Origin: Vulcanimicrobiota bacterium
Lineage (GTDB): Bacteria; Vulcanimicrobiota; Vulcanimicrobiia; Eremiobacterales; Eremiobacteraceae
Direction: 5' to 3'
DNA length: 64,000 nt
Assembly: GCA_963805945.1 (NCBI GenBank)
Contig: CAWDVP010000006.1
Location: forward strand, 467,345 to 531,344
Positions 10,988 to 20,614 of the stretch are shown here, piece by piece. Numbering within the stretch: position 1 is the first letter of the stretch; each line of letters starts with the position of its first letter. The notes under the pieces are model-generated. The model did no database searches, was not told the DNA's origin, and saw only the letters and a program-made list of their open reading frames with translations. Made by a program: the position numbers and the translations under genes.

Positions 10988-12336
10988 TGGCGGAGCAGGT
11001 CGACGCGATCGTCATCGGCAGCGGCCAGGGCGGTGTGCCCTTCGCCGCCGATCTCGCTAGGGCCGGCAAGAAGGTCGTGCTGTTCGAGCGTGGCAGACTC
11101 GGCGGCAGCTGCATCAATTACGGCTGCACGCCATCCAAAGCGTTCCTAGCCGCCGCGCACAACGCCGGCCGGGCCAGACGCGCCGCGGCATTGGGCGTCC
11201 ATGCAGAAGTCAGCGTCGACTTCGCGGCCATCATGGACCGCGTGCGCTCGATCCGCGACCGGTTCATGGACGGCATCGCGAGAAAGCTCGCAGGGGCCGG
11301 CGTCCGCGTCGTGCCCGCGGAAGCCTCGTTCTCGGCCGAGCGCACGCTCAGCGGCGGCAGCGTCACTGCGATCGCGCCGCTGGTCGTCATCGACACAGGC
11401 ACGTCGTCGTTTCTGCCGCCGATCGACGGTCTCGCCGGTACGCCGTACCTGACGAACGTGAGTTTCTTCGAGCTGACGACCGCGCCGAAACGCATGCTCG
11501 TGATGGGCGGCGGCTACATCGGCCTCGAGCTTGGGCAAGGCCTGGCGCGTCTCGGCAGCGAGGTGCACGTGATCGATCATAACGATCGCGTGCTGGCGCG
11601 TGAAGAACGCGACGCGACCACGGTGCTCGAGCAATCGCTGCGCGAGGACGGCATCGTGTTGCACCTCGGTCGTGACGTGACGAAGGTCGAGCATGCCGCG
11701 GGGACGTTCGCGCTGACGCTCGACGACGGCGACCGCCTTGAAGGCGACGCGCTGCTCGTGGCGACCGGTCGCCAGCCGAACACCGCGGCGCTCAACGCGA
11801 TGAAGGGCGGCGTGAAGCTCGACGCGCGCGGCACCGTCGTCGTCGACGAGCAGTTGCGCACCAGCGCTGCCGGCGTCTTCGCGATCGGCGATGTCGCAGG
11901 TCAGCCCGCCTTCACGCACGTCTCCTGGGAGGACTATCGCCGCCTGAAGGACATCACGGCGGGCGGCTCGCGCACGCGCGCCGATCGCGTGCTCGCGTAC
12001 TGCACGTTCACGGAGCCGCAGATCTCGCGGGTCGGCCTGACGTTGGAAGAAGCGCAGGCGAAGGGTCTCAAGGCTCGGGCCGTCACCTTGCCGATGGAGC
12101 ACATCGCGCGCGCGGTCGAATGGGGACAGACGCTGGGCTTCTACCGGCTGGTCGTCGACACCACGAGCGACAAGATCCTCGGCGCGACCATGGTGGGCTA
12201 CGAAGCCGGCGAGCTCGTGCACGTCATCCTCGCGCACATGGAGGCGGGCTCGACGTGGCATGTGCTCGACCGTTCGGTACACATCCATCCGACCTACGCC
12301 GAGGGGCTGCCCAGCTTGGCGCGGCTGCTCGAATAA
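10987..12336 (+). CDS. Class-I pyridine nucleotide-disulfide oxidoreductase (Lpd/MerA/RclA-like, no MerA C-terminal Cys pair)
   Basis: GSGQGG FAD motif, GGSCINYGCTPSK redox disulfide, GGGYIGLE, HIHPTYAE; TGATG overlap with the upstream stop. Confidence 0.88.
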   Translation: MAEQVDAIVIGSGQGGVPFAADLARAGKKVVLFERGRLGGSCINYGCTPSKAFLAAAHNAGRARRAAALGVHAEVSVDFAAIMDRVRSIRDRFMDGIARKLAGAGVRVVPAEASFSAERTLSGGSVTAIAPLVVIDTGTSSFLPPIDGLAGTPYLTNVSFFELTTAPKRMLVMGGGYIGLELGQGLARLGSEVHVIDHNDRVLAREERDATTVLEQSLREDGIVLHLGRDVTKVEHAAGTFALTLDDGDRLEGDALLVATGRQPNTAALNAMKGGVKLDARGTVVVDEQLRTSAAGVFAIGDVAGQPAFTHVSWEDYRRLKDITAGGSRTRADRVLAYCTFTEPQISRVGLTLEEAQAKGLKARAVTLPMEHIARAVEWGQTLGFYRLVVDTTSDKILGATMVGYEAGELVHVILAHMEAGSTWHVLDRSVHIHPTYAEGLPSLARLLE

Positions 12337-12339
12337 TGT

Positions 12340-12361
12340 GTAGTGACCGAGCGAAGCTCGG
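12340..12361 (+). repeat. GTAG-tagged REP-like palindrome (family 2)
   Basis: GTAG-TGA-CCGAGC-GAA-GCTCGG; 20/22 identical to the copy at 38159-38180 (-). Confidence 0.7.
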
Positions 12362-12368
12362 GAATATC

Positions 12369-14255
12369 ATGGTCGGCCCCTCCATCGCCGACTCGGAGCT
12401 CGCCGCCTTCAATAAAGGTGAGCTGCTTCACGCGCAGCGGGTGCTCGGCGCGCAGTGCGCACGCGACGGCGACGTGGCGGGCGTGCGCTTCGCGGTCTGG
12501 GCGCCGCATGCGGTGGATGCGAGCGTCGTCGGTGACTTCAATGCGTGGGATGGACGACGTGACGCGATGCGCCTGCGCGGTGAGTCCGGCGTGTGGGAAC
12601 TTTTTGTGCCGGAGGCGGCCGCCGGCACGCGCTATAAGTTCGAACTGCACACGCGCGAAGGCGCGCTGCTCGTCAAGGCGGATCCCTACGCGCGCGCATT
12701 CGAAGCCAGGCGCGGCAATGCGGCGTTCGTCGTGGCGCCTAGCTCGTATGCATGGACCGACCACGCGTGGCTCGCCGGGCGCGCGCGTTGGGATTGGCTG
12801 CACGAGCCGTTCAACTGCTACGAAGTGCATCTCGGGTCGTGGCGGCGCGCTCCGGACGGAGGGTTCCTCTCCTACGGCGAGCTCGCGCAGGAGCTTATCG
12901 AATATGTGCACGCCATGCACTTCACGCATGTCGAGCTCTTGCCGATCACCGAGCACCCGCTCGACGAATCATGGGGCTACCAGACCACCGGGTATTTCGC
13001 CCCGACGAGCCGCTACGGCACGCCGGACGAGTTCCGCGCCTTCGTCGATCGCCTGCACGCCGCAGACATCGGCGTGATCCTCGATTGGGTGCCGGGTCAT
13101 TTTCCGCGCGATGAATGGGCGCTCGCCCGTTTCGACGGCACGGCGCTCTACGAGTACGATGACCCGGTGATGGGTCTGCATCCGCAATGGGGCACAAGCA
13201 TTTTCAATTATGCGCAGCCGCAGGTGCGCTCATTCCTCTTCTCGAGCGCGCTCTCATGGCTCGAAGAGTTCCATCTCGACGGCCTGCGAGTCGACGCGGT
13301 CTCATCGCTGCTCTATCTCGACTTCGCGCGTGAGCCCGGGCAATGGCGGCCGAATCGCCATGGCGGCAGAGAGAACCTCGAGGCGGTCGATTTCATCAAG
13401 GATCTCAACGGCAACGCGCACGGGCGCGACATCGGCATCCTCACCATCGCGGAGGAAGCGTCGGCCTGGCCGAACGTCACCGCGCCGACCGACGCCGGCG
13501 GTCTGGGCTTCTCGCTCAAGTGGAACATGGGCTGGGTCAACGACACGCTGCGATATGTGGAACTCGAACCGGCCGCCCGCGGCGCGCAGCACAACGACCT
13601 CACGTTCTCGCAGATGTACGCGTATACGGAGAACTTCGTGCTGCCGCTCTCGCACGATGAGGTCGTCCACGAGAAGCGCTCGCTGTTCGCGAAGATGCCG
13701 GGCGATATGGCGCACAAGCTCGCCGGCGTGCGGCTGCTCGTGACCTACCAGATGACGCATCCGGGCAAGAAACTGACCTTCATGGGCAACGAGTTCGCTC
13801 ACGAGCGCGAGTGGGATGTGATGCGACCGCTTGCGTGGGAGCTGCTCGAGACCCCCGCGCACCGCGGCGTCGCCGCATGCTCGCGTGACCTCAATCGGCT
13901 GTACGAAGAATTGCCGGCGCTGCATCGCTACGACCACGACCGGCGCGGCTTCCAATGGATCGACTTCCGCGACACCGATGCCTCGATCGTCTCGTTCGTG
14001 CGCCGCGCCGACGACGCGTTCGTCGTGGTCGTGCTGAACTTCTCGCCGCAACCTCGGCACGGCTATCGGATCGGCGCACCGCATGGCGGCGCGTACCGCG
14101 AGATCTTCAACAGCGACTCTGCGTTGTACGGCGGGTCCGACGTCGGCAACGCCGGTATGGTGCATGCCGAAAATACGCCGTGGTTGAGCTGGCCGCACTC
14201 GCTGTCGCTGCACCTGCCGGCGCTCGGCGGCCTGATCCTGACGCCAGACGCGTAG
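12369..14255 (+). CDS. glgB: 1,4-alpha-glucan branching enzyme (GH13), short form
   Basis: FAVWAPHA, YEVHLGSW, SWGYQ, DWVPGHF, GLRVDAV, AEE, KWNMGW, LSHDEVVH. Confidence 0.95.
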   Translation: MVGPSIADSELAAFNKGELLHAQRVLGAQCARDGDVAGVRFAVWAPHAVDASVVGDFNAWDGRRDAMRLRGESGVWELFVPEAAAGTRYKFELHTREGALLVKADPYARAFEARRGNAAFVVAPSSYAWTDHAWLAGRARWDWLHEPFNCYEVHLGSWRRAPDGGFLSYGELAQELIEYVHAMHFTHVELLPITEHPLDESWGYQTTGYFAPTSRYGTPDEFRAFVDRLHAADIGVILDWVPGHFPRDEWALARFDGTALYEYDDPVMGLHPQWGTSIFNYAQPQVRSFLFSSALSWLEEFHLDGLRVDAVSSLLYLDFAREPGQWRPNRHGGRENLEAVDFIKDLNGNAHGRDIGILTIAEEASAWPNVTAPTDAGGLGFSLKWNMGWVNDTLRYVELEPAARGAQHNDLTFSQMYAYTENFVLPLSHDEVVHEKRSLFAKMPGDMAHKLAGVRLLVTYQMTHPGKKLTFMGNEFAHEREWDVMRPLAWELLETPAHRGVAACSRDLNRLYEELPALHRYDHDRRGFQWIDFRDTDASIVSFVRRADDAFVVVVLNFSPQPRHGYRIGAPHGGAYREIFNSDSALYGGSDVGNAGMVHAENTPWLSWPHSLSLHLPALGGLILTPDA

Positions 14256-14256
14256 C

Positions 14257-15696
14257 GTGCGCCTGCTCTTCGCCTCCTCCGAGATCTTCCCGATGGCCAA
14301 GACCGGGGGTCTCGGCGACGTGAGCGCGTCGTTGCCGGCCGCGCTTGCGGCGCTCGACGTCGAGGTGCGGTTGGTCATGCCCGCGTATCCGTCCGCGCTG
14401 AGGGCGGTGGTCGACGCCAAGCCCGCGCGTTTCGTCGCCGACTTCGAGGGCCTCGGGCGGGCGGAGGTGGTCGAAGCTGTGACGCCGGATTCGCGCCTGC
14501 CGATCTGGCTCATCCGCTGTCCGGCGCTGTTCGAGCGCGACGGATACCCGTACACTGACGGACATGGAGAGCAATGGCCCGACAACTTCGAGCGCTTCGC
14601 GCTCTTCTCGCGGGCGGCGGCTGTGCTCGCGAGCGACGACTCGCCGTTCGCGTGGCGTCCGGACGTCGTGCATGCGAACGACTGGCATGCCGGGCTCGTG
14701 ATCGCGCTCCTCATCGGGCGTCCGGACCGGCCGCGCCTCCTTTTCACCGTGCACAATATCGCATTCCAGGGAACGTTCCCGCTCGAGTGGTTTCCGCTGT
14801 GCGGGCTGCCTGCGGACCTGCGCGAGGACGCCGGCATCGGGCACGGCGACGGCTTCTCGCTGCTCAAGGCCGGCGTGCGGTATGCAGATTGGATCACCAC
14901 GGTGAGTCCGACGTATGCCCGCGAGATCCAGACGCCGCAATTCGGATTCGGCTTCGAAACGCTGGTCGCGGCGCGCGCCGAAAGCGTGAGCGGCATCCTC
15001 AACGGCATCGACATGCGCGCATGGGACCCGGCGACCGATGCGCACATCGCCGCACGCTATAGCGTCGCCGATCTCGCCGGCAAGCGTGCCTGCAAAGCGG
15101 CGCTGCTTTCGACCTTCGGCCTTCCCGCCGCGCCCGATGCCCCGCTTTTCGGCATCGTCAGCCGGCTCACCGCGCAAAAAGGCCTCGACCTGGTGCCGGA
15201 TGCGCTCGGCTCTGCGTTAGCCGCGGGTGCGCGGCTTGCGGCGGTCGGGTTCGGCGAAGCGGAGATCGAGCAGCAGTTCAGCGGCTTGATGACGCGCTAT
15301 CCGGATCGGGTGAGCGCCCGCTTCGAGTTCGACGAGAGGCTGGCGCACGCCGTCGAGGCGGGCGCGGACATCTTCCTCATGCCCTCGCGCTTCGAGCCGA
15401 GCGGGCTCAACCAGATGTACAGCCAGCGCTATGGCACGCCGCCGGTCGTGCACGCGGTGGGCGGACTCGCCGACAGCGTGGTGGATGCCGACGTCCGGTC
15501 GCTGCACGACGGCAGCGCGACCGGTTTCACCTTCCGCGAGCCGAGCACGCCGGCGTTCGCGGCGGCGATCGAGCGTGCGCTCGCGCTCTTCACGGAAAAA
15601 GAACGCTGGCGCGCCGTGCAACTCTGCGGCATGCGGCGAGATTTCAGCTGGTCGAACGCGGCAGCACGCTATCTCGACCTGTATCGTATTATCTAA
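14257..15696 (+). CDS. glgA: Glycogen synthase (GT5)
   Basis: KTGGLGDV, HANDWH, TVHNIAFQG, SRLTAQKG, PSRFEPSGLNQMY. Confidence 0.95.
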   Translation: MRLLFASSEIFPMAKTGGLGDVSASLPAALAALDVEVRLVMPAYPSALRAVVDAKPARFVADFEGLGRAEVVEAVTPDSRLPIWLIRCPALFERDGYPYTDGHGEQWPDNFERFALFSRAAAVLASDDSPFAWRPDVVHANDWHAGLVIALLIGRPDRPRLLFTVHNIAFQGTFPLEWFPLCGLPADLREDAGIGHGDGFSLLKAGVRYADWITTVSPTYAREIQTPQFGFGFETLVAARAESVSGILNGIDMRAWDPATDAHIAARYSVADLAGKRACKAALLSTFGLPAAPDAPLFGIVSRLTAQKGLDLVPDALGSALAAGARLAAVGFGEAEIEQQFSGLMTRYPDRVSARFEFDERLAHAVEAGADIFLMPSRFEPSGLNQMYSQRYGTPPVVHAVGGLADSVVDADVRSLHDGSATGFTFREPSTPAFAAAIERALALFTEKERWRAVQLCGMRRDFSWSNAAARYLDLYRII

Positions 15697-15817
15697 TCCG
15701 CCTTCCATCCGGCTCTCATCGATATCTAAGACTGGACGCGAGCCTTCTCGGCAGGTGCGGCGAAGGTGCAGATGTGGCGCGCTCGCACGGCGCGCGCAAT
15801 CCTCGAAAGGAGTCGCC

Positions 15818-16159
15818 ATGCATCGCACGCTTCTCGCTCTCGCCGCACTCGTGGCGCTGCTCGCCGGCTTCGGCTCCCGCGCAAGCGCGGATCTCGTCAA
15901 CCGGCCGCAGGCCGTGGCCTTCTTCGACGCCGACGATCGTTTCTCGGCCGCCCATGACATGCAGGGCGTCGTCACCTACTTCAATCGCTTCGCCATGACC
16001 GTGCGCGTCGACGGCCGCCAGTATCCGGTCGTCTTGCACCAGGGCACGCTCATCAAGCCGACCGGCACGACGCTTGCTCCCAGCATGCTCGTGAACGTCG
16101 AAGGCTATTGGTCTGCCGGCGCGTTTTACGCCAACAGGATCGTCGTGGTGCGCTACTAG
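15818..16159 (+). CDS. Secreted hypothetical protein (small, possibly DUF5666-like beta domain)
   Basis: AAAGGAG RBS, signal peptide MHRTLLALAALVALLAGFGSRASA. Confidence 0.65.
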   Translation: MHRTLLALAALVALLAGFGSRASADLVNRPQAVAFFDADDRFSAAHDMQGVVTYFNRFAMTVRVDGRQYPVVLHQGTLIKPTGTTLAPSMLVNVEGYWSAGAFYANRIVVVRY

Positions 16160-16183
16160 CGGAGGCAACGCTCTTCGGAGCGA

Positions 16184-16924
16184 CTACTCGCCCTCCGACG
16201 CGACGCGCTTGAAGCTCCAACCGAACCGGCCCTTCGATTTCGCCGGATTCTCGTTCGCGCTTTCCAGCAGGCCGTCGCGGAAGCGCAATTCGTACGACCG
16301 GGCGTAGTGCGTGTTCGCCCTACTCTCGTCTCTTGGGTACAGCGAGCTCGCCTCGTCGATCAAGAGCGTGATCGTGTGCGCGTCGAGCGCCGTCACCCTC
16401 GTCGTGATGACTCCGGCCCGGTCGACTTCCCACAGCGTAGAGCAGGCGTAGACCCTGCAATAGAGATCGCGTTTGAACCTGGCCCACGCGCTTGGGCGCG
16501 TATCGAAGCTGCGCGACCACACCGAGCCCACCGCGAGGTCCTTGGGAACCAGTCCCATCAGGCTTGGGACGTAGACGAACCAGTCAAACGGCAGCATGCC
16601 GAATTGGCCGCACGCCGCCGTCAACGAGCAATGCCCGCTGTACGACTGGACCAAAGGCCGTGCTTTGTGGGCCGGCGTCGTCGTGCGGCCAGCTTCGTCC
16701 ATGCGGTACCCGATGACGCCATTGGCGACGGACAGGATATGGATGGTCGACCGCCCGATGTTGGAATAAGCTGGCGCTTGCATCGCCCATGCATACACGA
16801 AGGTATCGCCCGGGTGGAGCGCCGGCTGCGTCAAGGGATTGGCCCTTGGCGTGGATATCTGCGTCGAAGTGCAACCGATCATCAGGATTGCGGCAACGGC
16901 TGGCGCGAAGGCTGAGCGACCCAT
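16184..16924 (-). CDS. Hypothetical lipoprotein
   Basis: Signal peptide with lipobox-like LMIGC; start overlaps the DUF309 stop. Confidence 0.55.
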   Translation of the reverse strand: MGRSAFAPAVAAILMIGCTSTQISTPRANPLTQPALHPGDTFVYAWAMQAPAYSNIGRSTIHILSVANGVIGYRMDEAGRTTTPAHKARPLVQSYSGHCSLTAACGQFGMLPFDWFVYVPSLMGLVPKDLAVGSVWSRSFDTRPSAWARFKRDLYCRVYACSTLWEVDRAGVITTRVTALDAHTITLLIDEASSLYPRDESRANTHYARSYELRFRDGLLESANENPAKSKGRFGWSFKRVASEGE

Positions 16925-17289
16925 CAGCTGATCTCTCCCGGGGATGTTTCCGACAGGCGCGGCCGTTGTGCTACGATATCCACTGGCTTACCGCTTTCGA
17001 GCGCCGCGCCTACGCGCGCCGCATATGCATCCATTCGCTTGAGGTCGATCCCGAACTCGGCGTTCGCGGGATTGGCAAGGCGCCCACGGGCGCGCTCGAT
17101 CATCGTCTTGGCGCCTGCCAGATTACCACGCTCGATATGGTGCAGCGCGACGGCGAGCTGGATCAGGCCCTGCAGCCCGTCGTCGCGCCGCCGCGTCCAC
17201 AGGCCCTCGAGCACTTCGTGCGCCATGAAGAAGTCGCCCTCATCCCAGCAGCGCGCGAATGCGGGGATCTCGGGTTCGTTCGGTTCCAT
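16924..17289 (-). CDS. DUF309 domain protein
   Basis: GDFFMAHEVLEGLW...QGLIQLAVALHHIERGN signature. Confidence 0.85.
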   Translation of the reverse strand: MEPNEPEIPAFARCWDEGDFFMAHEVLEGLWTRRRDDGLQGLIQLAVALHHIERGNLAGAKTMIERARGRLANPANAEFGIDLKRMDAYAARVGAALESGKPVDIVAQRPRLSETSPGEIS

Positions 17290-17347
17290 CGCAAGACCCT
17301 CGTGCGGCGAAAGGTCGCCCTCAAGGAGGCGCGTAAGCCTGCTGGCC

Positions 17348-18343
17348 GTGAGCGACACGCTATTCGAAGACGTGCGGCTCGGGAGCGAGGCGGACCTTCC
17401 ACCGGCGGATACGCACTGCCTCGACGTCGCATTGCTCGACATGAACCACGGCGCCGTGAATCTCGGCGTCGACGCCATGATCGCCTCTGTGGCCGCGAGC
17501 GCCGCACGGCTCGAGCCGCAGCTTCGCGCCGCGGGTCTGCGTGTGCGGGCGATCTCGTTCGACGTTCGCAAGCGGCGTCTGGTGCCCGAACACCATCGCC
17601 GCTACGTGCTCTACCTCGGCACTGCCGGCCCCGGCCATCTCGACCCGCGCCGCAACGTGCGCGATGACCCTGCAAGCGAGCTGATCGAAGAGGACGCAGG
17701 TTGGGAAGCCCCGCTCTTCGCCCTGTTCGACGCCGTCCGCGCCGACGAGCATGCCGCGCTGCTCAGTATTTGCTACACGTTCGGCTTGCTGTGCCGCTGG
17801 ACCAACGTCGCGCGGCCGCTGCTGCGCCCCACCGTCAAAAGCCCGATCATGGCGGTCAAGCAGAACGTGCTGAGCGAAGCGGCGCTCGCACATCCGTGGT
17901 TCTCGCAATTCGCGGCGCAGTTGCCGGACGGAAGCCAGTTCCCGGTGCTCGACTCTCGCCACTACGATCTCGTCCCTTCAGGCCGTTTCCCTGAGGGCAT
18001 GACCTCGTTGGCGCGAGAGCTGCTCCTGGACGGCACCCCTGGACCGGCCATGACGATGTTCGAGTTCGCCCGATCGAAGAACGGCCGTCTGCCGCGCGTC
18101 TTCGGCGTCAACTTCCATGCAGAGATCGGCGATGTCGAAGGCCTGGACGCGCTGCTGCGGGCGAAGATCGAGCGCGGCGAGTGCGATTCCGATTGGTATC
18201 GCAGCCGCGCCGCGCTCTTCCCGGAGCTTCGCAGCGACCCGCAGCGCGAGCGCTTGCGGCTCATCGCCGCGGGCTACTGCTTCGATGTGCTCGCACGCGC
18301 CCATCTCGAGGCCGCGATCGAGCGCGCAGGCAAGGAGATGTAG
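17348..18343 (+). CDS. Divergent class-I glutamine amidotransferase-like protein
   Basis: GTAGPG (cf. SGGPG), SICYTFG nucleophile Cys, NFHAE His-x-Glu; start uncertain. Confidence 0.65.
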   Translation: MSDTLFEDVRLGSEADLPPADTHCLDVALLDMNHGAVNLGVDAMIASVAASAARLEPQLRAAGLRVRAISFDVRKRRLVPEHHRRYVLYLGTAGPGHLDPRRNVRDDPASELIEEDAGWEAPLFALFDAVRADEHAALLSICYTFGLLCRWTNVARPLLRPTVKSPIMAVKQNVLSEAALAHPWFSQFAAQLPDGSQFPVLDSRHYDLVPSGRFPEGMTSLARELLLDGTPGPAMTMFEFARSKNGRLPRVFGVNFHAEIGDVEGLDALLRAKIERGECDSDWYRSRAALFPELRSDPQRERLRLIAAGYCFDVLARAHLEAAIERAGKEM

Positions 18344-18345
18344 TC

Positions 18346-18855
18346 GTGCTCACCAACGCAACGCTGCCCATGTCGCTGCATGTCGTCTCCGGCATGATCA
18401 CGCCGGCGATCCTTATCCTCGCCGCCGGATCGCTCGTCTCGAGCACGCTCGTGCGCATCGGACGCATCGTGGACCAGACGAGAGCGCTCATCGCGCGTGG
18501 CGAGGAGATGCGCCGCATCGGCAATCAGTCCGCGCTCACGCTCATCGACGAACAGCTCGACGTGCTGCTGCGGCGCGGTGATCTCGCGCGAGCCGCACTG
18601 CGCGAGTACTACGTCGCCATCTCGCTCTTCTTATTGTCGAGCCTCGTCATCGCGCTCACCATCCTGTTGCAAGACCGCTTGAGCTGGGTCGGCCCGGCCA
18701 TCGTCATGATCGGCGGCGGCTTCCTGTTCGCCGGGTCTGCCAAGCTCGTGATCGAGGTCAATGCGTCGGCCGGTTCGACGCGCGCCGAAGTGGAGTGGTA
18801 TCGGGCCGAGTCGTTCAGCTCGCCGGGCTCGGCGCAGGAGCCGACGCCGCCCTAA
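18346..18855 (+). CDS. DUF2721 membrane protein
   Basis: MITPAILILAAGSLVSSTLVRIGRIVD, three hydrophobic segments; AAGGAG RBS. Confidence 0.8.
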   Translation: MLTNATLPMSLHVVSGMITPAILILAAGSLVSSTLVRIGRIVDQTRALIARGEEMRRIGNQSALTLIDEQLDVLLRRGDLARAALREYYVAISLFLLSSLVIALTILLQDRLSWVGPAIVMIGGGFLFAGSAKLVIEVNASAGSTRAEVEWYRAESFSSPGSAQEPTPP

Positions 18856-19729
18856 CCGCGGCCTCATCGGCGCGGTCGAGCAACGCGAGGATCGCCGGAT
18901 AGATCATGTCGATCGGCAGCTGCGGATCGAAGTCGTCGATGATGTCGTGCGGCAGCGTGCCGAGATCGAGGTGCTCGCGCAGCACGCGCGCTCCGTTGCG
19001 CTCCCAGCGATCGTACAGGCGATCGGCGGTCTTCGTGTTGATCGCGGGATCGTGCACGTTGAGGAACAAGCACGAGACGCGCGCGGCGGGCAGGTGTTTC
19101 TTCGCCTCGCGCTGCAACCGGCCGCTTTCGAGGAGCTGGCCTGCGAGCAGATGCGAGGGATAGCGCATGTACGCGTGCGGCGGCGCGAGCGGATTGTCGG
19201 CCTTGGTGCGCGGATCCCACCACAGGAAGAAGTTCGGCAGCAGCTTCAGGACCCACGCGATGATCGTGTCGAGCCACATCGGCACGTGCGCGATGGCGAG
19301 GAAGGGCGAGATCCCAGTCGCGCTGGCGAGCGTCTCGCTCATGCCCACCGTTTCGGCGAGTATGCCGCCCATCGAGATGCCGGCGACATGCGTGCGCTCC
19401 CCGAGTCCGGCGGCGGCACGCGCGGCATCGGTCGCCGACGCCATGATCTCTTCGATCGTCACGCGGGCGAGCGCATCGGTCATCTTGTCGAGATAGCCGT
19501 GCCCAGGCAGGCGCGGGATGTAGACGTTATAGCCTGCGGCGAAGAAACGCTCGCCGAGCGACTCGAACTGCTTGGGACAATTGGTGAAGCCGTGATAGAA
19601 CACGATGGCGCGGTCGGTGGGCGCGCCGTGGGTCATCAGCCGCGTCAGACAGGTGGGGTCGAGGCGCGTGTCAGCGCGCTCGGCGGCGATGATGCTGTCG
19701 ATCGCCCGGCACGCCTCTTCGAAGGTCAC
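18815..19729 (-). CDS. Alpha/beta hydrolase (carboxylesterase/lysophospholipase-like)
   Basis: YHGFTNCP, PRLPGHG, GISMGG nucleophile elbow, DP and PHD; GTG overlaps the upstream TGA. Confidence 0.85.
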   Translation of the reverse strand: MTFEEACRAIDSIIAAERADTRLDPTCLTRLMTHGAPTDRAIVFYHGFTNCPKQFESLGERFFAAGYNVYIPRLPGHGYLDKMTDALARVTIEEIMASATDAARAAAGLGERTHVAGISMGGILAETVGMSETLASATGISPFLAIAHVPMWLDTIIAWVLKLLPNFFLWWDPRTKADNPLAPPHAYMRYPSHLLAGQLLESGRLQREAKKHLPAARVSCLFLNVHDPAINTKTADRLYDRWERNGARVLREHLDLGTLPHDIIDDFDPQLPIDMIYPAILALLDRADEAAVRAASAPAPSPAS

Positions 19730-20451
19730 GCTCGCAGCCACAACAGCACCGCCGCCATCAGCAAGATGCCGCTGAACGCGAGCTTGAGCACGCGATCCGG
19801 CAGCTTGTGGGCGACCGCGACCCCGGATGATACGGATGACACGCTGCCGGCGGCGAGCGCGATGCCGATGGGCCAATGGATATCGCCGGCCGCACCGTAG
19901 ACGATGATGCCGACCACCAAGCCGGGCACGACGAGCGCGAGTCCGAGGCCTTGCGCGACGGTCTGTGACACGCCGAATCCGAGCGTCATCATCGGCACCG
20001 AGACGACCGCCCCGCCGACCGTGAAGAAACCGGAGAGCGCGCCGCCGATGGCGCCCACGACGGCCGTCCACGGCCACGGCAGCGCGAGCGCCTTGAAGCT
20101 GCCCGTCGCATCCATGAGCGCCCGCAGCGCGTAGTACACCGCCAATACGAGCAAGAAGATGGCGAAGGCGCGGCGCAGCGGCGTGCTCGGAAGGATGACG
20201 GCGAGGCGCGCGCAGAGGAGGGTCACCGACCCCGCGCTGAGCGCCAAGACGACGGCGATGCGGGCGTCCATGCCGCCGCGCCGCCAATACTGATACAGTC
20301 CGATGAGGACGGTCGGCACGACCATGACGAGCGCCGTGCCCTGCGCCTGCTGCTGGTTCAAACCGAACGCGATACCCAAGATGGGAATGGCGATCAATCC
20401 GCCCCCTATACCCATCAAACCGCCCAGCCAGCCGAGGACGAGGCCGAGCAA
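19726..20451 (-). CDS. TauE/SafE family sulfite exporter-like permease
   Basis: GGLMGIGGGLIAIP, AQGTAL, duplicated GFFTVGGAVVSVP..AQGLGL; start uncertain. Confidence 0.85.
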   Translation of the reverse strand: MLGLVLGWLGGLMGIGGGLIAIPILGIAFGLNQQQAQGTALVMVVPTVLIGLYQYWRRGGMDARIAVVLALSAGSVTLLCARLAVILPSTPLRRAFAIFLLVLAVYYALRALMDATGSFKALALPWPWTAVVGAIGGALSGFFTVGGAVVSVPMMTLGFGVSQTVAQGLGLALVVPGLVVGIIVYGAAGDIHWPIGIALAAGSVSSVSSGVAVAHKLPDRVLKLAFSGILLMAAVLLWLRA

Positions 20452-20614
20452 GAGGAACAGGACCAGCTCGAGCGAGGCGCTACCTCCGGACGATGCGACG
20501 CGGCATCAGCGGCATGGGCGGGGCTTCCCTTCTTTAGACGGGTAACGCCTGCTGCCTCGAGTTTCGTGGTGAGGCAGGTGGAATCGCCGCTGCGGACGGC
20601 GTAGTTGGCATGCT

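Noticed and set aside
10987..12336. Mercuric reductase MerA
   Set aside because: No C-terminal Cys-Cys pair, no NmerA domain and no mer genes nearby.
16169..16187. CGCTC-TTCG-GAGCG hairpin next to a GTAG as a further REP family
   Set aside because: Single short copy between convergent genes; equally explained as a small terminator hairpin beside a TAG stop.
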